NCBI GenBank assembly: GCA_943787705.1
Contig: CALSNL010000004.1
Location: forward strand, 8,158-72,157
Length of the DNA: 64,000 bases
Reading direction: 5' to 3'
Origin: an uncultured Pseudomonadales bacterium
Lineage (GTDB): Bacteria; Pseudomonadota; Gammaproteobacteria; Pseudomonadales; UBA7434
Positions 63,358 through 64,000 of this stretch are shown here, in pieces. Below the pieces are notes generated by a model. It had not been told where the DNA came from. It was given only the letters and a program-made list of their open reading frames with translations, and searched no databases. The position numbers and the translations under genes are program-made. Within the stretch, counting starts at the first letter, position 1. Every line of letters starts with the position of its first letter.

Positions 63358-64000
63358 TTAGCCCTCTCCCATTTCACGTACATCAACAAAGCGTCCGGCA
63401 ATAGCCGCCGCTGCCGCCATTGCTGGGCTCACTAAGTGTGAACGTCCACCAAAACCTTGGCGCCCCTCAAAATTACGGTTAGAAGTCGACGCACAGTGCT
63501 CGCCCTCTTCTAGTTTATCGGCATTCATCGCTAAGCACATTGAACAACCTGGCTCCCGCCATTCAAAACCCGCATCAGTAAAAATAGTATGCAGGCCTTC
63601 GCTTTCTGCTTGTTTTTGCACTAAACCAGAACCCGGTACCACCATCGCTAATTTAATTTTGTTCGATACTTGTTGACCTTGCACTACTTCAGCAGCAGCA
63701 CGTAAATCTTCGATACGACTGTTAGTACAAGAACCAATAAACACTTTATCTAAAGGAATATCTTTAATTAACTGTCCACCGTTTAAGCCCATATATTGCA
63801 ATGCACGCTCAATAGATTGACGACGCGTAGGGTCGGCTTCGTCAGCGGGTACAGGCACACGATCAGTAATAGAGGCAACCATTTCAGGAGAAGAACCCCA
63901 AGTGACTTGTGGCGCAATATCGGCCGCTTGCATAACAACAACATTATCAAATACCGCATCGTCATCACTGACTAAATCTAACCATGATTCTGCAGCAAGA
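63358..64000 (-). CDS. leuC: 3-isopropylmalate dehydratase large subunit (3' part; the 5' end lies beyond the window)
   Basis: ..[14 protein letters not shown].., ..GCSMCLAMN.., ..[10 protein letters not shown].. The frame stays open to position 64000. Confidence 0.95.
   Translation of the reverse strand, partial: LAAESWLDLVSDDDAVFDNVVVMQAADIAPQVTWGSSPEMVASITDRVPVPADEADPTRRQSIERALQYMGLNGGQLIKDIPLDKVFIGSCTNSRIEDLRAAAEVVQGQQVSNKIKLAMVVPGSGLVQKQAESEGLHTIFTDAGFEWREPGCSMCLAMNADKLEEGEHCASTSNRNFEGRQGFGGRSHLVSPAMAAAAAIAGRFVDVREMGEG

Overview
A 64-kb chromosomal segment that looks like a moderately AT-rich marine gammaproteobacterium. This is inferred from gene content and Pseudomonas-like synteny (metZ-purF-cvpA-dedD-folC-accD ... 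trpF-truA-fimV-asd-leuDC, plus fabV), and no taxon can be assigned by eye. From 22 to 64 kb the window is mostly conserved housekeeping genes, with three less ordinary inserts: a cyclic-nucleotide/two-component signalling cassette (32.6-38.2 kb), an avidin-family gene (38.3-38.8 kb), and a fabV-MBL-GIY-YIG string. The left third is more unusual. (i) A near-identical 2,984-bp head-to-tail tandem duplication (5622-8605 / 8606-11589) carries yccA and a ybiB-like gene and produces a 5'-truncated galE copy. The two copies differ at only five positions, all synonymous third-codon changes. (ii) A decayed accessory locus (14.7-21.7 kb) holds a fragmented two-partner-secretion pair (TpsB-like and TpsA-like, the latter running into an OmpA_C-type domain), a fragmented secreted protein with a PEP-CTERM-like tail, and an intact orphan HExxH protein. 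(iii) A fragmented leishmanolysin-like protease (2346-3160) has a second PEP-CTERM-like tail. I found no rRNA, tRNA, CRISPR array, transposase or integrase. Caveat: several conserved genes (guaB, trmA, a Crp-family regulator, a DsbD/ScsB-like gene) also show frame breaks, some of them beside short homopolymer runs. Sequencing or assembly indels cannot be separated from genuine pseudogenisation using this sequence alone. I do not see a clearly novel multi-gene system; the duplication, the TPS/OmpA_C/HExxH locus and the cyclase cassette are the best candidates for follow-up.
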